Shown here: positions 28,572 through 38,391 of the stretch, piece by piece
Layout of the letters: the number at the start of each line of letters is the position of its first letter
How positions within the stretch are numbered: position 1 is the first letter of the stretch
Assembly (NCBI GenBank): GCA_964502565.1
Contig: CAZCXA010000001.1
Span: 3,806-67,805 of the forward strand
Origin: an uncultured Pseudomonadales bacterium
GTDB lineage: Bacteria; Patescibacteriota; Microgenomatia; UBA1400; PJMF01
Direction of reading: 5' to 3'
Length of the DNA: 64,000 nucleotides
Program-made: the position numbers and the translations under genes
The notes under the pieces: model-generated
What the model was told of the DNA's origin: nothing
Seen by the model: the letters and a program-made list of their open reading frames with translations, nothing else
The model's database searches: none

Positions 28572-28778
28572 TTATTTCTTAACTTTTCTTAGTACTGGCA
28601 TACCTGTTCTCTTGGTTTCAACAACTTCATAACCAGCTGGTACAGCTCCAATTGCTTCATTTCGAACATCGCGGGCAAAGAAATAAATAGTTTGAACACG
28701 ACCGTTTTTGAGGGTTACATCCTTCTTGTGAAGAAAGTAGGTCTGACCCTTTGAGTTTGAATAACTATAAGCACTCAT
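28572..28778 (-). CDS. Small basic hypothetical protein (68 aa)
   Basis: Clear SD (AAAGGAG) and its own terminator; YSYSNSKGQTYFLHKKDVTLKNGRVQTIYFFA..GYEVVETKRTGMPVLRK. Confidence 0.85.
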   Translation of the reverse strand: MSAYSYSNSKGQTYFLHKKDVTLKNGRVQTIYFFARDVRNEAIGAVPAGYEVVETKRTGMPVLRKVKK

Positions 28779-28972
28779 AAATGCTCCTTTTCTTCCCTGT
28801 TTAGGGATAGTTAATAATTTGTTAAGACCAACTAAGATTTACTTAGTCTGGTTACATTAGATTTTTAACAAAACAAAGATTGGTTTTAATTAAATTATTG
28901 TTTTGCTATTAATCTAATATTGAGCTTACCAGAACCAGATAGATACCTCAAGTGCCAATTTCTATAACAAGA

Positions 28973-29509
28973 TTACTCGAGTCCCAGACCATCTTCTTGA
29001 TTGGTCTCGTCATCAACGATCAGACCTCTTAACAGTTCTTGCTCGATTTCTTGATCATTAGGATCTGCTTCTTTAGACACAACCACCTCTAAAGGAAGTT
29101 GATCTCGTGAAACCGAGGCGCTACCGGTGTAACCACCCTTGCTATAAGTTAAAACAAATGCTTTTTGATAAAAGCCCTCATCCTTTGGACTGATCCAAAC
29201 CTGGTAAGTGGCAGCTTCTTCTTGAGGTAAGTCTGCAGAAACGCTAAACAGTAATCTATCGTCAACAAAGCGATATCTAACCTGACCTGAAGCCAAACTT
29301 TCATCTTCTGGTTTGAGCTGGACAGTGCTTGTATCTGGCGCGCCAATCACGATTTGATCTTTTTCCGAGAGATTCTCAATCTCAACCTCTTGAAAAAGAT
29401 TGTTCTGGTCACGCTGGGTTCTAAGGTTATACCAGCGGAAAGCTAAAAATAATACCAATAAAAGAGAGATTATTGGAATGATGAATGGGGAATATTTTTT
29501 AAAGTTCAT
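28973..29509 (-). CDS. Membrane-anchored protein with RskA-C/anti-sigma-like extracellular beta domain
   Basis: N-terminal TM; ASGQV..ADLP..TYQVW..VVVSKE..LLRG pattern. Confidence 0.5.
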   Translation of the reverse strand: MNFKKYSPFIIPIISLLLVLFLAFRWYNLRTQRDQNNLFQEVEIENLSEKDQIVIGAPDTSTVQLKPEDESLASGQVRYRFVDDRLLFSVSADLPQEEAATYQVWISPKDEGFYQKAFVLTYSKGGYTGSASVSRDQLPLEVVVSKEADPNDQEIEQELLRGLIVDDETNQEDGLGLE

Positions 29510-29752
29510 AAAAGCCTTTCTTAAAAATAATTATGAAAGAGATGAAAAATAATTGTTAAAGAAAAAAAATCTTGATTGCAGTAAAGCTAGTTGTAAATTG
29601 TTATATTTTGATATTATTTTCTCTAATTTATAAGAGATGTCAATTAGTAGTTATTAGTTAATCATATTTATAACTGAAACTATTAGAATTTACAAGTTGC
29701 AACATGGCTAGGTAAACTTGTTGCACTAAATAATACTAAACAACTGTGAAGA

Positions 29753-30478
29753 TTAAAAAAATTTTTCGTGAAAGATGTTGGCAATTGGCACTTCTCGCTG
29801 TTGCAAAATCTGTTTTGCTTCATTAACCATCTCTTTGCAACCACATAAATAATAATCCGCTTTTGGTGGCAGGTCATGCATCTGTAAGCAGTCGGTCACC
29901 CTACCTCTGCACAACGGCCACTGCGTCTCTGGGCGAGATAAAGTGGGATGAAACTTAAAGTTAGGAAAGCTTTTTGACCAGCGCGTAAACTCATCTTGCC
30001 ATATCAAATGGCTAGCATGTCGCAGTCCCCAATATAAAATAATGGGCTTGCTAAAAGAGTTATTTTTTAACTGATCTACTACCATACTATGCAAAGGCGC
30101 GATGCCTGACCCTGTGCCCACTAATACTATTGCCTCTCTGTCAGGATTTTCCTTAATAACAAACCTTCCCATCGGTGCTAGAAACTTAATCTCATCTCCA
30201 TATTTTAGATTTTGAAAATAAGAAACACCGGCTCCCTGAGGCATAACATCCAACAATATCTCGATCCCATGATCAATATCTGGATCACTACAAATTGAGT
30301 AAGCCCGATGCAAACCTGCTTCATTAACCACAAGGGAAACATAATGTCCAGCTTGAAAATTAAGGATGTAAGGGGACTTTAGTTCAAAGTGGTAATGTTC
30401 AAACTTTTCATTATAAACTTCTTTATTCTCAAAGATGGCAGTGTATTCTTGTGGTTTTTGCATATTAGTATTGGGCAT
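29753..30478 (-). CDS. Ferredoxin-NADP+ reductase-like FAD/NAD(P)-binding oxidoreductase
   Basis: FQAGHY, RAYSICS, GTGSGIAP, YLCG, HEKFF. Confidence 0.92.
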   Translation of the reverse strand: MPNTNMQKPQEYTAIFENKEVYNEKFEHYHFELKSPYILNFQAGHYVSLVVNEAGLHRAYSICSDPDIDHGIEILLDVMPQGAGVSYFQNLKYGDEIKFLAPMGRFVIKENPDREAIVLVGTGSGIAPLHSMVVDQLKNNSFSKPIILYWGLRHASHLIWQDEFTRWSKSFPNFKFHPTLSRPETQWPLCRGRVTDCLQMHDLPPKADYYLCGCKEMVNEAKQILQQREVPIANIFHEKFF

Positions 30479-30566
30479 AAAGTATTAGATATAAAGTACT
30501 AAATATTTATATAGTAAGTTGCTAGTGCTAGAGCTATTATAGCAATCCTCTGTAAAAATAACCTGC

Positions 30567-31136
30567 TTATTTTAAAGTTTTCTGCCAATCTTGACCATAC
30601 CATAAACCTAAAACCAGTTTAGCAATCGTGGCATATTCTTCAGTGCGATCAACAAAGTTTTTAGTAACAACACCAATTAAACCTTCTCTTGTTTTTAAGG
30701 AAGGAACCTGACAATAATCAGCCATAAACGGTCCCATCTCACCGCCAGCTAAAATTTCCTGAGCAACCAAGCTTGGCACCTTAAACCGAGCTCCATTTCC
30801 TAAAAAGACCTGCTCCTCTTGATCAACCACAGCTCCCCAGACAGTTGTCCACATCTGATCTTCATCATCAATAAAAACTCCACCTTCCAAACCCATGCCT
30901 AAAGTTTCCTGCCCGTTGTGAGATTTTTTTGTCGGGGTTGCCCCCAATCCTTTAATCAAGGCTTGTTGTGCTCGATTTATAGCTCCTTGTTTAGTTTCCT
31001 GATCAGTAATGGGTTGTTCACTAACACCGCTTGTCACATCAAATCCCTGCACAACTACCTCAGGCCATGTTTCAGAAGCCGCGATAATGGTAGCATTGAG
31101 TTTTACTGGATTGGTTGAGCCAACAAAAATCTGCAT
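30567..31136 (-). CDS. yjjX: Inosine/xanthosine triphosphatase (YjjX/DUF84)
   Basis: VGSTNPVK, SGVSEQP, GAINRA, GLEGG, GLIGVVT. Confidence 0.9.
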   Translation of the reverse strand: MQIFVGSTNPVKLNATIIAASETWPEVVVQGFDVTSGVSEQPITDQETKQGAINRAQQALIKGLGATPTKKSHNGQETLGMGLEGGVFIDDEDQMWTTVWGAVVDQEEQVFLGNGARFKVPSLVAQEILAGGEMGPFMADYCQVPSLKTREGLIGVVTKNFVDRTEEYATIAKLVLGLWYGQDWQKTLK

Positions 31137-31151
31137 GAAGTTTAATAACAA

Positions 31152-31646
31152 TTATTGCAAAACTCGACGAATAATTTTAGTTTCAAGATCACGCGCCTCA
31201 CCTCCAAAATCATATTGATCAAGCTGAGATAAACCGATCCATGCTAGCTCGGTATGCTCGTGAGATAATCTCACGGTTGAAGCTAAGTTTTCCTCAATTA
31301 CCGCCTTCCAACCACAATTAATTGAGTAGATTTGACGGTCTGGTTCAAAATAAGTGGCAAAATAAACCAAACTCTCTTCAGTAAAAAGTTGAGGGTCAAG
31401 CTGGAGATTAACCTCCTCTTGTATCTCGCGCGCGATATCTTGCTGATGTAGGTTAATCTTTGGTTGCAAAACATTGGTTGGCCAGTCGCTGTTACCACCA
31501 GGCAAGTCCCAGTTACCAGGTCTTGAAAAACTTGAAGCTGAGCGTTTTAAGATTAAAACTTTATCTTGAGAAATAATGGCAACCTTATGTAAAAGTTTGA
31601 CATTAGCAGTGAGTTGGTGTGGAGAAAAAGTCACAGAATCAGACAT
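31152..31646 (-). CDS. NUDIX hydrolase
   Basis: VLILKRS, WDLPGG..REIQEEVNL (Nudix box with insertion), LSHEH..W. Confidence 0.85.
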   Translation of the reverse strand: MSDSVTFSPHQLTANVKLLHKVAIISQDKVLILKRSASSFSRPGNWDLPGGNSDWPTNVLQPKINLHQQDIAREIQEEVNLQLDPQLFTEESLVYFATYFEPDRQIYSINCGWKAVIEENLASTVRLSHEHTELAWIGLSQLDQYDFGGEARDLETKIIRRVLQ

Positions 31647-31684
31647 GAACCAATTTTAACATATTTTTTAATGGTTAATTTTTT

Positions 31685-31728
31685 AAAAAAACCCGCTTAA
31701 ACAATAACTGCTACAGCGGGTATTTTTT
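31685..31728. terminator. Probable intrinsic terminator after the cold-shock gene
   Basis: aaaaaaacccgct..agcgggtatttttt inverted repeat. Confidence 0.65.
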
Positions 31729-31767
31729 AAATTTTTGAGTTTATATTACTTGATCAAACTCACATCA

Positions 31768-32001
31768 TTAGGCTTCAGCTGATGCTAAAGTTACATTGAC
31801 TGCCTGTAAGCCTTTATCACCTTGCTCAACAGTGAACTCAACCTTTGTGTTTTCTTGCAATTGGTTGGGATCCACTCCATTGAGGTTGGTAATATGTACA
31901 AACACGTCACCCTGGCCTTCATCTGGAGCAATAAAACCATAACCTTTGGTGATATTGAACCACTTGACGCTACCGGTCTGTCTTTGAGTGTTGTCTTCCA
32001 T
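31768..32001 (-). CDS. csp: Cold-shock protein
   Basis: GSVKWFN..KGYGFI..DVFVH..GDKGLQAVNV; strong SD. Confidence 0.97.
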   Translation of the reverse strand: MEDNTQRQTGSVKWFNITKGYGFIAPDEGQGDVFVHITNLNGVDPNQLQENTKVEFTVEQGDKGLQAVNVTLASAEA

Positions 32002-32210
32002 ATGTTCTCCTCTCCTAAGAGACTAATTAATAACGCAAAATAATCAATTAATGTTTAAAAATGAGTAAGCAAAAAAGGGAGGTGTTCAAGTTATTTTAGA
32101 AGAATGGTTGTTTAAGTTGTTGTTCAATAGATATATTATAGCAGGTCTTGACAAGAAAATCTAGTACTCAATACTCATTATTAAGTTATGCGCCTTGAAA
32201 AATTAAGTTT

Positions 32211-32795
32211 TTATATCAGGGCCATCTGCACTCCATCGTTTTTTTTAGGTGTAAAACTAAAGTCAACATCGCATTCAATAAACCGATTCCATTTATTACG
32301 AAACTTAACTTTGCCTGTTTTCAAACCATAATCATAAATATCTCGAGTTACTTTTACATCTTGTAAGCAGTACTCTTTTAACTTATCCATCTGATTGTTC
32401 TTATAATATTTTATGGCATCCAGCCCGTCACCGATCTTGCCCCTGCCTAATGTTTCTTTAGCAACATTATCAAGTCTGATGCGATGACCAAAACTGTCTT
32501 TTATCCTGTTCATAAGATCTAGGGTTGGAAAAGCCTCAATCTCTCCTGTGTAATAAGGTGCTAGGGTGGGTAGATCAAAACTGTCAATATTATAGCCCAC
32601 CAAAACATCAGCCTTCTCAAGCAATGGAAAAAGATCAGGTAAATCATCTTCAAAAAAAGCCTTCATCTCGCCAGGCTCACCAAACTGCTGACGGATGTTT
32701 ACTCCAACAAAAGAAACCCCTAAGCGGTCGGGAAAATAACCGCCAACCTCGTTAAAAGTTTTTTTTGTTTCAACATCTAAAATTATTTGGAGCAT
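32211..32795 (-). CDS. RNase H-like (YprB/DEDD) exonuclease domain protein
   Basis: ILDVET, LVGYNIDSFDLP, YCLQDV. Confidence 0.85.
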   Translation of the reverse strand: MLQIILDVETKKTFNEVGGYFPDRLGVSFVGVNIRQQFGEPGEMKAFFEDDLPDLFPLLEKADVLVGYNIDSFDLPTLAPYYTGEIEAFPTLDLMNRIKDSFGHRIRLDNVAKETLGRGKIGDGLDAIKYYKNNQMDKLKEYCLQDVKVTRDIYDYGLKTGKVKFRNKWNRFIECDVDFSFTPKKNDGVQMALI

Positions 32796-32882
32796 GATTA
32801 ACTGAGTTGGGTACTTGATTTTTAATATCGAGTTTTTTTATTAAGTATGGAATCTTTGGCTGGAGATCAAGGTATCTCGTTT

Positions 32883-33725
32883 TCAACCTTCTTCTACAAT
32901 CCTCATTAACTCTATCACTCTATCTTGAAAAATGGTGTCAATAAATTGAGTTATCTTCTCAATGTCTGGACTTTTATCCTCGAGCTTGAACCGGTTAAGC
33001 TCACGCCACAAGCTTTCACCCACTATAAATCCCGAGGCGCCATTTTCTAAACAAATCCTTAGCTCTTGCTTAAACTCTTCATAATTATGATTGTAGTTTG
33101 CAAAGATCCAGGGTATATCTAGCTCAGCCGTAATGGTAGCAATGGCCAAAGCATCAACTGGACACTGTAGGGCAATCGCGTCTGTACTGTTTTTTAACTC
33201 TTGAATCGCAACCAGTTGATCTTCTTGAAAAGCCTCGGGCGTGAACTCTTCATCAGCCGGTGTGTACACAATCAAGTTTAAGAGTAAATCTATATCTAGA
33301 TAATCACAGTAGTCATGAACCTCGGCTAATAACTGCTTTTTTTTTAAAGCTTGTTCTTCTTCTGGATGATAATAAAACTCCAAACAAGCCATGTTGTAAT
33401 TATTTCTCAACTCTTCCAAACCATAATTAGGAATTAAAGAAGGAATCGCAAGCGGATCAAGATCTTCACGCACGGTAGTTAATCGCATCAGGATTCCAGC
33501 CTTACCTTGGTTTTTGGCCAGTTCAAAACTGTAAATCGGATCAAGTACCAAGCCGGTTAGATGTTCTGCCCCGATTTTACCCATCTGTTCAAGGAGGTTA
33601 ACAACTATCTCAACATTCTGTGAAATCTGAAGGTCAAGTCCTAAACACGAAGCCAGCTTGGGTGCTAAATCTAGTTCAAGCAAACCTATGGTTTTGTTGT
33701 CTGATTGAATTGAAGGCAGGGTCAT
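32883..33725 (-). CDS. Tagatose-bisphosphate aldolase (LacD)-like TIM barrel, degenerate active site
   Basis: GLVLDPIY, LEFYYHPE, DIPWI, GASGFIVGESLW. Likely start is MTLPSIQ at 33725. Confidence 0.65.
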   Translation of the reverse strand: MTLPSIQSDNKTIGLLELDLAPKLASCLGLDLQISQNVEIVVNLLEQMGKIGAEHLTGLVLDPIYSFELAKNQGKAGILMRLTTVREDLDPLAIPSLIPNYGLEELRNNYNMACLEFYYHPEEEQALKKKQLLAEVHDYCDYLDIDLLLNLIVYTPADEEFTPEAFQEDQLVAIQELKNSTDAIALQCPVDALAIATITAELDIPWIFANYNHNYEEFKQELRICLENGASGFIVGESLWRELNRFKLEDKSPDIEKITQFIDTIFQDRVIELMRIVEEG

Positions 33726-33885
33726 ATGAATAATAGTATAAAGTATTTGAAAAAAAGAATTAAGGGTTTGGTATGAATTATAAGGTGTGAATAGCGAGAT
33801 ACGGGGTGTGGAAAATTTAATTTTTACTCTATTCATCAATTAAATCTTGCTAAATCCCGTAGTTAATCATGGTTGAGTCACAAAA

Positions 33886-33923
33886 TGGACCTTGCTGTAG
33901 TTTCTGTTCTACAGCAAGGTCCA
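33886..33923 (-). terminator. pnp terminator
   Basis: 15-bp perfect stem tggaccttgctgtag / ctacagcaaggtcca followed by TTTT on the minus strand. Confidence 0.85.
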
Positions 33924-33938
33924 GATAAGTTTTTCTGA

Positions 33939-36194
33939 TTATCTTCTTGAATAACTGCTAGACCGATTGGTGCCCCTTCTGCCTTGGTCAGGACGATAAC
34001 TTGGTCTTTTATTCTGGCGCTGTTGCTTTACCTGCTCAGCCTCGTCTTTGCTAAGCATTGACAAACCAATCTTACCATCGTCCTTGATCTCGGCCACTCT
34101 AATTTTAACCTCGTCGCCAACTTTAGCAATGTCATGAGCATCTTTTACATAATTGGTTGCCATCTGTGAAATATGCACTAAACCTTCACGACCAGGCAAA
34201 AACTCGACAAAAGCTCCGTAGGCTTCAACACGGGTTACTGTACCTTCATACTCCTCATCAACCTCAACAGTTTTAAGGATGTTCTCGATCATCTTCTTAG
34301 CTTTGCTAATGGCCATGATATCATCTGAGGCGATATTAACGATTCCCAGATCGCGATCTTCATCTTCCTCAATATCTACCTGCGCATCAGTTAAAGCAAT
34401 AATTTCTTTAATGATCTTACCTCCAGGTCCGATCACCTCACCAATACGATCCGCGGGAATTTCTAGTTGATGCACTTTTGGCGCAAACCGACTTAACTCG
34501 GCTCGTGGCTCTTTGATTGTTTTAAGCATTTCTGCCAAAATATGCAAACGACCTTTTTTAGCTTGAGTTAAAGCCTCACGTAAAATTTGAACCGTAATAC
34601 CGGTTAGTTTTATATCCATCTGAATTGCTGTAACACCATCCTTGGTGCCAGCAACCTTAAAGTCCATATCACCGACATGATCTTCCAAACCCTGAATATC
34701 TGATAACACTACATAGTTGCTAAAATCTTCATTACTCATCAAACCCATAGCAATTCCTGCCACCGGGGCTTTAATTGGCACACCAGCTACCATCAAGGAC
34801 ATGGTGGAACCACAGACTGATGCCTGACTTGTTGAGCCGTTGGAAGACAGGATCTCACTGACCACACGAATGGTGTAAGGAAACTCAGATTGAGGCGGAA
34901 GCATAGGCAAAAGTGCTCGTTCAGCCAAGGCTCCATGCCCAACCTCACGTCGCTTTGGATATCCAAAACGGCCCACCTCGCCTGACGCATAAGGTGGCAT
35001 ATTGTAATGGTGAATGTAATGACGCACTGCTTCTCCCTCAATATCTTCAATATATTGACCTAAAGAAGGACTGCCTAAGGTTGTAACCGAGACCACCTGA
35101 GTAGCTCCGCGCTTAAACATGGCACTGCCATGGGTGCGAGGGAAAACATCTATCTCAGACCAAATCGGTCTAATTTCATCAGGCTTGCGGTCATCTGGGC
35201 GAGTCTTTTCCTCTAAAATCATACGACGAGCTTCTTGCTTCATTAAATCAAATAAAATATTTTTAACTTCTTTGGCCTCAGCTTCTACCGCGTCTTCATC
35301 AATAAAAACCTTTTCATTCAAGTACTCAACCATCTCTTCAACCAAAGCATCTAATCCAAAATCTTCGAGATGACCTTGTTTAACCACTGCCTCATGAACT
35401 TGCGATGAAAACTTCTGAGAAATTTCTTGAGTAATTTTTTCTTGACGAGCCTTAACTTCCTCTGCAAGAGGTTCTACTAACTCTAGTTTTTCTTTGCCAA
35501 CCTTTGCCACAATTTGATCAATATCAGCACAAACTTGCTTGAGTTGGGTTTGTGCCTGTTTCATTGCTTCGATAACAATCTCTTCATCAACTTCATTAGC
35601 ACCTGCCTCGACCATAACAATTGAGTCACCAGTGCCGGAAACAATCAGATCTAGATCCAGCTCCTCCTGTTCTTTTTCAGAAGGATTGAGCAGATACTTT
35701 TGCTCAGCTTTCTTATAACCAATGCGTAGTCCTGCCACTGGACCGTTAAAGGGAATATTGGAAATACTTAAAGCTAGACCGGTTGCAACTAAAGCTAGCA
35801 TGTCATGACTGTTTTCTCCATCATAAGAAAAAACAGTGCTAACAACTTGTACTTGATTCGTAATACCTTCTGGAAAAAGCGGGCGAATAGAGCGATCGAT
35901 CACTCGCGCCTTTAACACAGCATCGTCAGTGGGTCGACCTTCACGTTTGACCCAACGCGAACCTTTAATAATACCGCTAGCATAAAGCTTTTCTTCATAT
36001 TCTACAGTTAAAGGGAAATATCCCCAATCCACCTTACTGCCTAATGCTACAGTGGTGTGAACAACAGTTTCTCCACATCTGGCTAAAACAGCAGAAGCGG
36101 TTTGCTCACTAAACTTACCAATGGTAAACTCGATTGTCTTGTCTCCGAGTTTAATCTTGTGATCAAGCTGATCAGTATATGTTGGATGTAACAT
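33939..36194 (-). CDS. pnp: Polyribonucleotide nucleotidyltransferase (PNPase)
   Basis: FPLTVEYEEK, RREVGHG, SNGSTSQASVC, GDMDFKVAG, KH and S1 domains. Likely start is MLHP at 36194. Confidence 0.98.
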   Translation of the reverse strand: MLHPTYTDQLDHKIKLGDKTIEFTIGKFSEQTASAVLARCGETVVHTTVALGSKVDWGYFPLTVEYEEKLYASGIIKGSRWVKREGRPTDDAVLKARVIDRSIRPLFPEGITNQVQVVSTVFSYDGENSHDMLALVATGLALSISNIPFNGPVAGLRIGYKKAEQKYLLNPSEKEQEELDLDLIVSGTGDSIVMVEAGANEVDEEIVIEAMKQAQTQLKQVCADIDQIVAKVGKEKLELVEPLAEEVKARQEKITQEISQKFSSQVHEAVVKQGHLEDFGLDALVEEMVEYLNEKVFIDEDAVEAEAKEVKNILFDLMKQEARRMILEEKTRPDDRKPDEIRPIWSEIDVFPRTHGSAMFKRGATQVVSVTTLGSPSLGQYIEDIEGEAVRHYIHHYNMPPYASGEVGRFGYPKRREVGHGALAERALLPMLPPQSEFPYTIRVVSEILSSNGSTSQASVCGSTMSLMVAGVPIKAPVAGIAMGLMSNEDFSNYVVLSDIQGLEDHVGDMDFKVAGTKDGVTAIQMDIKLTGITVQILREALTQAKKGRLHILAEMLKTIKEPRAELSRFAPKVHQLEIPADRIGEVIGPGGKIIKEIIALTDAQVDIEEDEDRDLGIVNIASDDIMAISKAKKMIENILKTVEVDEEYEGTVTRVEAYGAFVEFLPGREGLVHISQMATNYVKDAHDIAKVGDEVKIRVAEIKDDGKIGLSMLSKDEAEQVKQQRQNKRPSYRPDQGRRGTNRSSSYSRR

Positions 36195-36288
36195 AATTTT
36201 TTTCCTTTTGCAGATGGTCATGGTTAACAGTCACCGGTTTGTAGCGGTTATCTGCGCCAAACTTCTGCTAAATAATTCATTGTTTGTT

Positions 36289-36403
36289 CTAAGCTGAGGG
36301 AAACTGATTTCAATAAGCAGGAAGTAGTTATTTTTTGGGAGCCAAGACTCTTTTAAAAAAATAATCACTGCTTGCCAATCGAAACTCAGTTACTCTAGCT
36401 TAG
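36289..36403 (-). promoter_or_regulatory. Long imperfect hairpin in the rpsO-pnp intergenic leader
   Basis: Nested pairings CTAAGCT/AGCTTAG, AACTGA/TCAGTT, TTTCGAT/ATTGAAA, AAGCAG/CTGCTT, TTATTTTTT/AAAAAATAA. Confidence 0.7.
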
Positions 36404-36488
36404 TAATTAATAATTAATATTTTGTTTAAAAATCTATCGTACACAGTTTATAAATTTTTAACTAGTTTGAGATAAATCCTTAAACTTT

Positions 36489-36758
36489 TTACTTTTTTAA
36501 ACCAATTTTTTTGATTAACGCCTGATATCTTTCGTCACTGTGTCTTTGTAAAAATCTTAATAAACGTCTTCTTTTGGAAACTTGACGCAATAACCCTTTG
36601 CGCGAATGGTCATCACCTGGGTGTTTTTTAAGATGGTCAGTAATTTCTTGAATACTGGCTGTTAACAATGCCACCTGTACTTCAGGGGAACCTGTGTCGC
36701 CTTCAAACTGTTGATAGCCTTCAATAATTTTTTGTTTCTGCTTTTTTAATAAAGCCAT
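36489..36758 (-). CDS. rpsO: 30S ribosomal protein S15
   Basis: DTGSPEVQVALLT, DDHSRKGL. Confidence 0.98.
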   Translation of the reverse strand: MALLKKQKQKIIEGYQQFEGDTGSPEVQVALLTASIQEITDHLKKHPGDDHSRKGLLRQVSKRRRLLRFLQRHSDERYQALIKKIGLKK

Positions 36759-36833
36759 GGTATGTCTCCTTTTTCCCTTATTTTGCTAGAGTTTTCCAGC
36801 AAATAAAGTAACCAATACTAATATTTAATATCT

Positions 36834-38324
36834 TTAACTTTTTTTATAGGCTACTATTATATCACCTTTTTTAAAATCAAGGTTTTTATTTTTAAAAGCT
36901 AATCCTGCTTCATTCTTGGATTTCACGGTTTCAATACTATCCTTACCATGCTTCATGCTGGTGATAACCGGACGTCCAACAATCTCATCATCGCGCTTTA
37001 AGTAAAGCTTGTCATGACGACCAATCTCGCCTGAAATAACCCTGATACCAGCAATTTTTTGATTGTTGTAATCAAATATTTGTAAAATTTCTGCCTGTCC
37101 TAACTCAACTTCTCCATAATGCGGATCCATAAGCTTAAGCATCTGTTCTTCTAAATCTTCTAATAGATGATAAATAATGTCGTATTGTTTAATAATCACC
37201 CCCATCTCTTTAGCCATTTTTTGCAATCTAGCTGGAACTTGCTGACCAAAAACCACAATAACACTGCTGGTTGTTTGCGCTAACTCTAAGTCACTCTCGC
37301 TTAACAAACTAGCACTAGCTGAGATCAGCTGGATAGTATCTTGGTCTAATGACTGGGTAATAGCCTCTAAAGTACCCTTAACATCAGCCTTAATAATCAA
37401 GTTTAGTTTTTGTTTATCGCCCAGCAGTATCTCAATATCCAGATCATTTAAAAAAGATTGAGGATGATCTTCTGTTGAGGCGTGCCCAGCTTGAGCCTGA
37501 GACTCCTGGGTTGTTTTTGTCTCTGGCGCAACTGTGCTCAGCGCAACTGCATCCTGCACAACTTGGCCAACTTCAGGCACATCGCTTAAACCTAATATTT
37601 CAGCCGGCTCACCAGGCTTAACTTCTTTTAACTGTTGCCCTGTTTCGTTAATTAAAGAACGAACTCTGCCACGGATATCATCAACTAGCAGTTCTTGTTT
37701 TAGCTGAAGAGTGCCTTCTTGAACAATCACTCTGGCAAGAGGCCCCTTATACTGATCTTTAGTCGCCTCGATCACGACTGCCTTCAAAGGGGCTTCATCA
37801 TCAGCTTTAAGCTCCAGCAACTCAGCCATGGTTAACACTGTTTCTAGTAACTCATCAACACCGTCGCCTTTAATGGCTGAGATCTCTATCACATCAATAT
37901 CTCCTCCGTATTCCTGCACCACCATATCGTTTTCTGCGAGTTGAGTTTTGACTTGCTCTGGATTGGCTCCTTCCAAATCCATCTTATTTAGAGCCACAAT
38001 GCAGGGAACCTTAGCCTCTTTAATATATTTAATTGACTCTATAGTTTGAGGCTGAACACCATCCTTGGCTGAAATAACCAAGATCACGATGTCGGTAACT
38101 TGGACTCCTCGCTGACGCATCTCATTAAAAGCAGCATGACCTGGGGTGTCAATAAAGGTAATCTTCTGATTATTGTGCTTGATTTGATATGCTCCAATGT
38201 GTTGAGTAATACCACCAGCTTCCCCGACCTGAACTTTAGTGTGACGAAGATAGTCCAGCAGAGTGGTCTTGCCATGATCAACATGGCCCATAACAGTGAT
38301 GATTGGTGATCTAACTTTTAACAT
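36834..38324 (-). CDS. infB: Translation initiation factor IF-2 (short form, starts at the G domain)
   Basis: RSPIITVMGHVDHGKTTLLD, GGITQHIGAY, DTPGH, NKMD, IIKADVKGTLEA. Confidence 0.97.
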   Translation of the reverse strand: MLKVRSPIITVMGHVDHGKTTLLDYLRHTKVQVGEAGGITQHIGAYQIKHNNQKITFIDTPGHAAFNEMRQRGVQVTDIVILVISAKDGVQPQTIESIKYIKEAKVPCIVALNKMDLEGANPEQVKTQLAENDMVVQEYGGDIDVIEISAIKGDGVDELLETVLTMAELLELKADDEAPLKAVVIEATKDQYKGPLARVIVQEGTLQLKQELLVDDIRGRVRSLINETGQQLKEVKPGEPAEILGLSDVPEVGQVVQDAVALSTVAPETKTTQESQAQAGHASTEDHPQSFLNDLDIEILLGDKQKLNLIIKADVKGTLEAITQSLDQDTIQLISASASLLSESDLELAQTTSSVIVVFGQQVPARLQKMAKEMGVIIKQYDIIYHLLEDLEEQMLKLMDPHYGEVELGQAEILQIFDYNNQKIAGIRVISGEIGRHDKLYLKRDDEIVGRPVITSMKHGKDSIETVKSKNEAGLAFKNKNLDFKKGDIIVAYKKS

Positions 38325-38391
38325 TGGTTGATAGCATTAAATATTTAATATGTGTAACAAGATCTCGAGAGTGACATTAGTCAGGAACTGC

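Noticed and set aside
36777-36808. S15 autoregulatory leader hairpin
   Set aside because: A hairpin is present, but it cannot be distinguished from an infB terminator without comparative data
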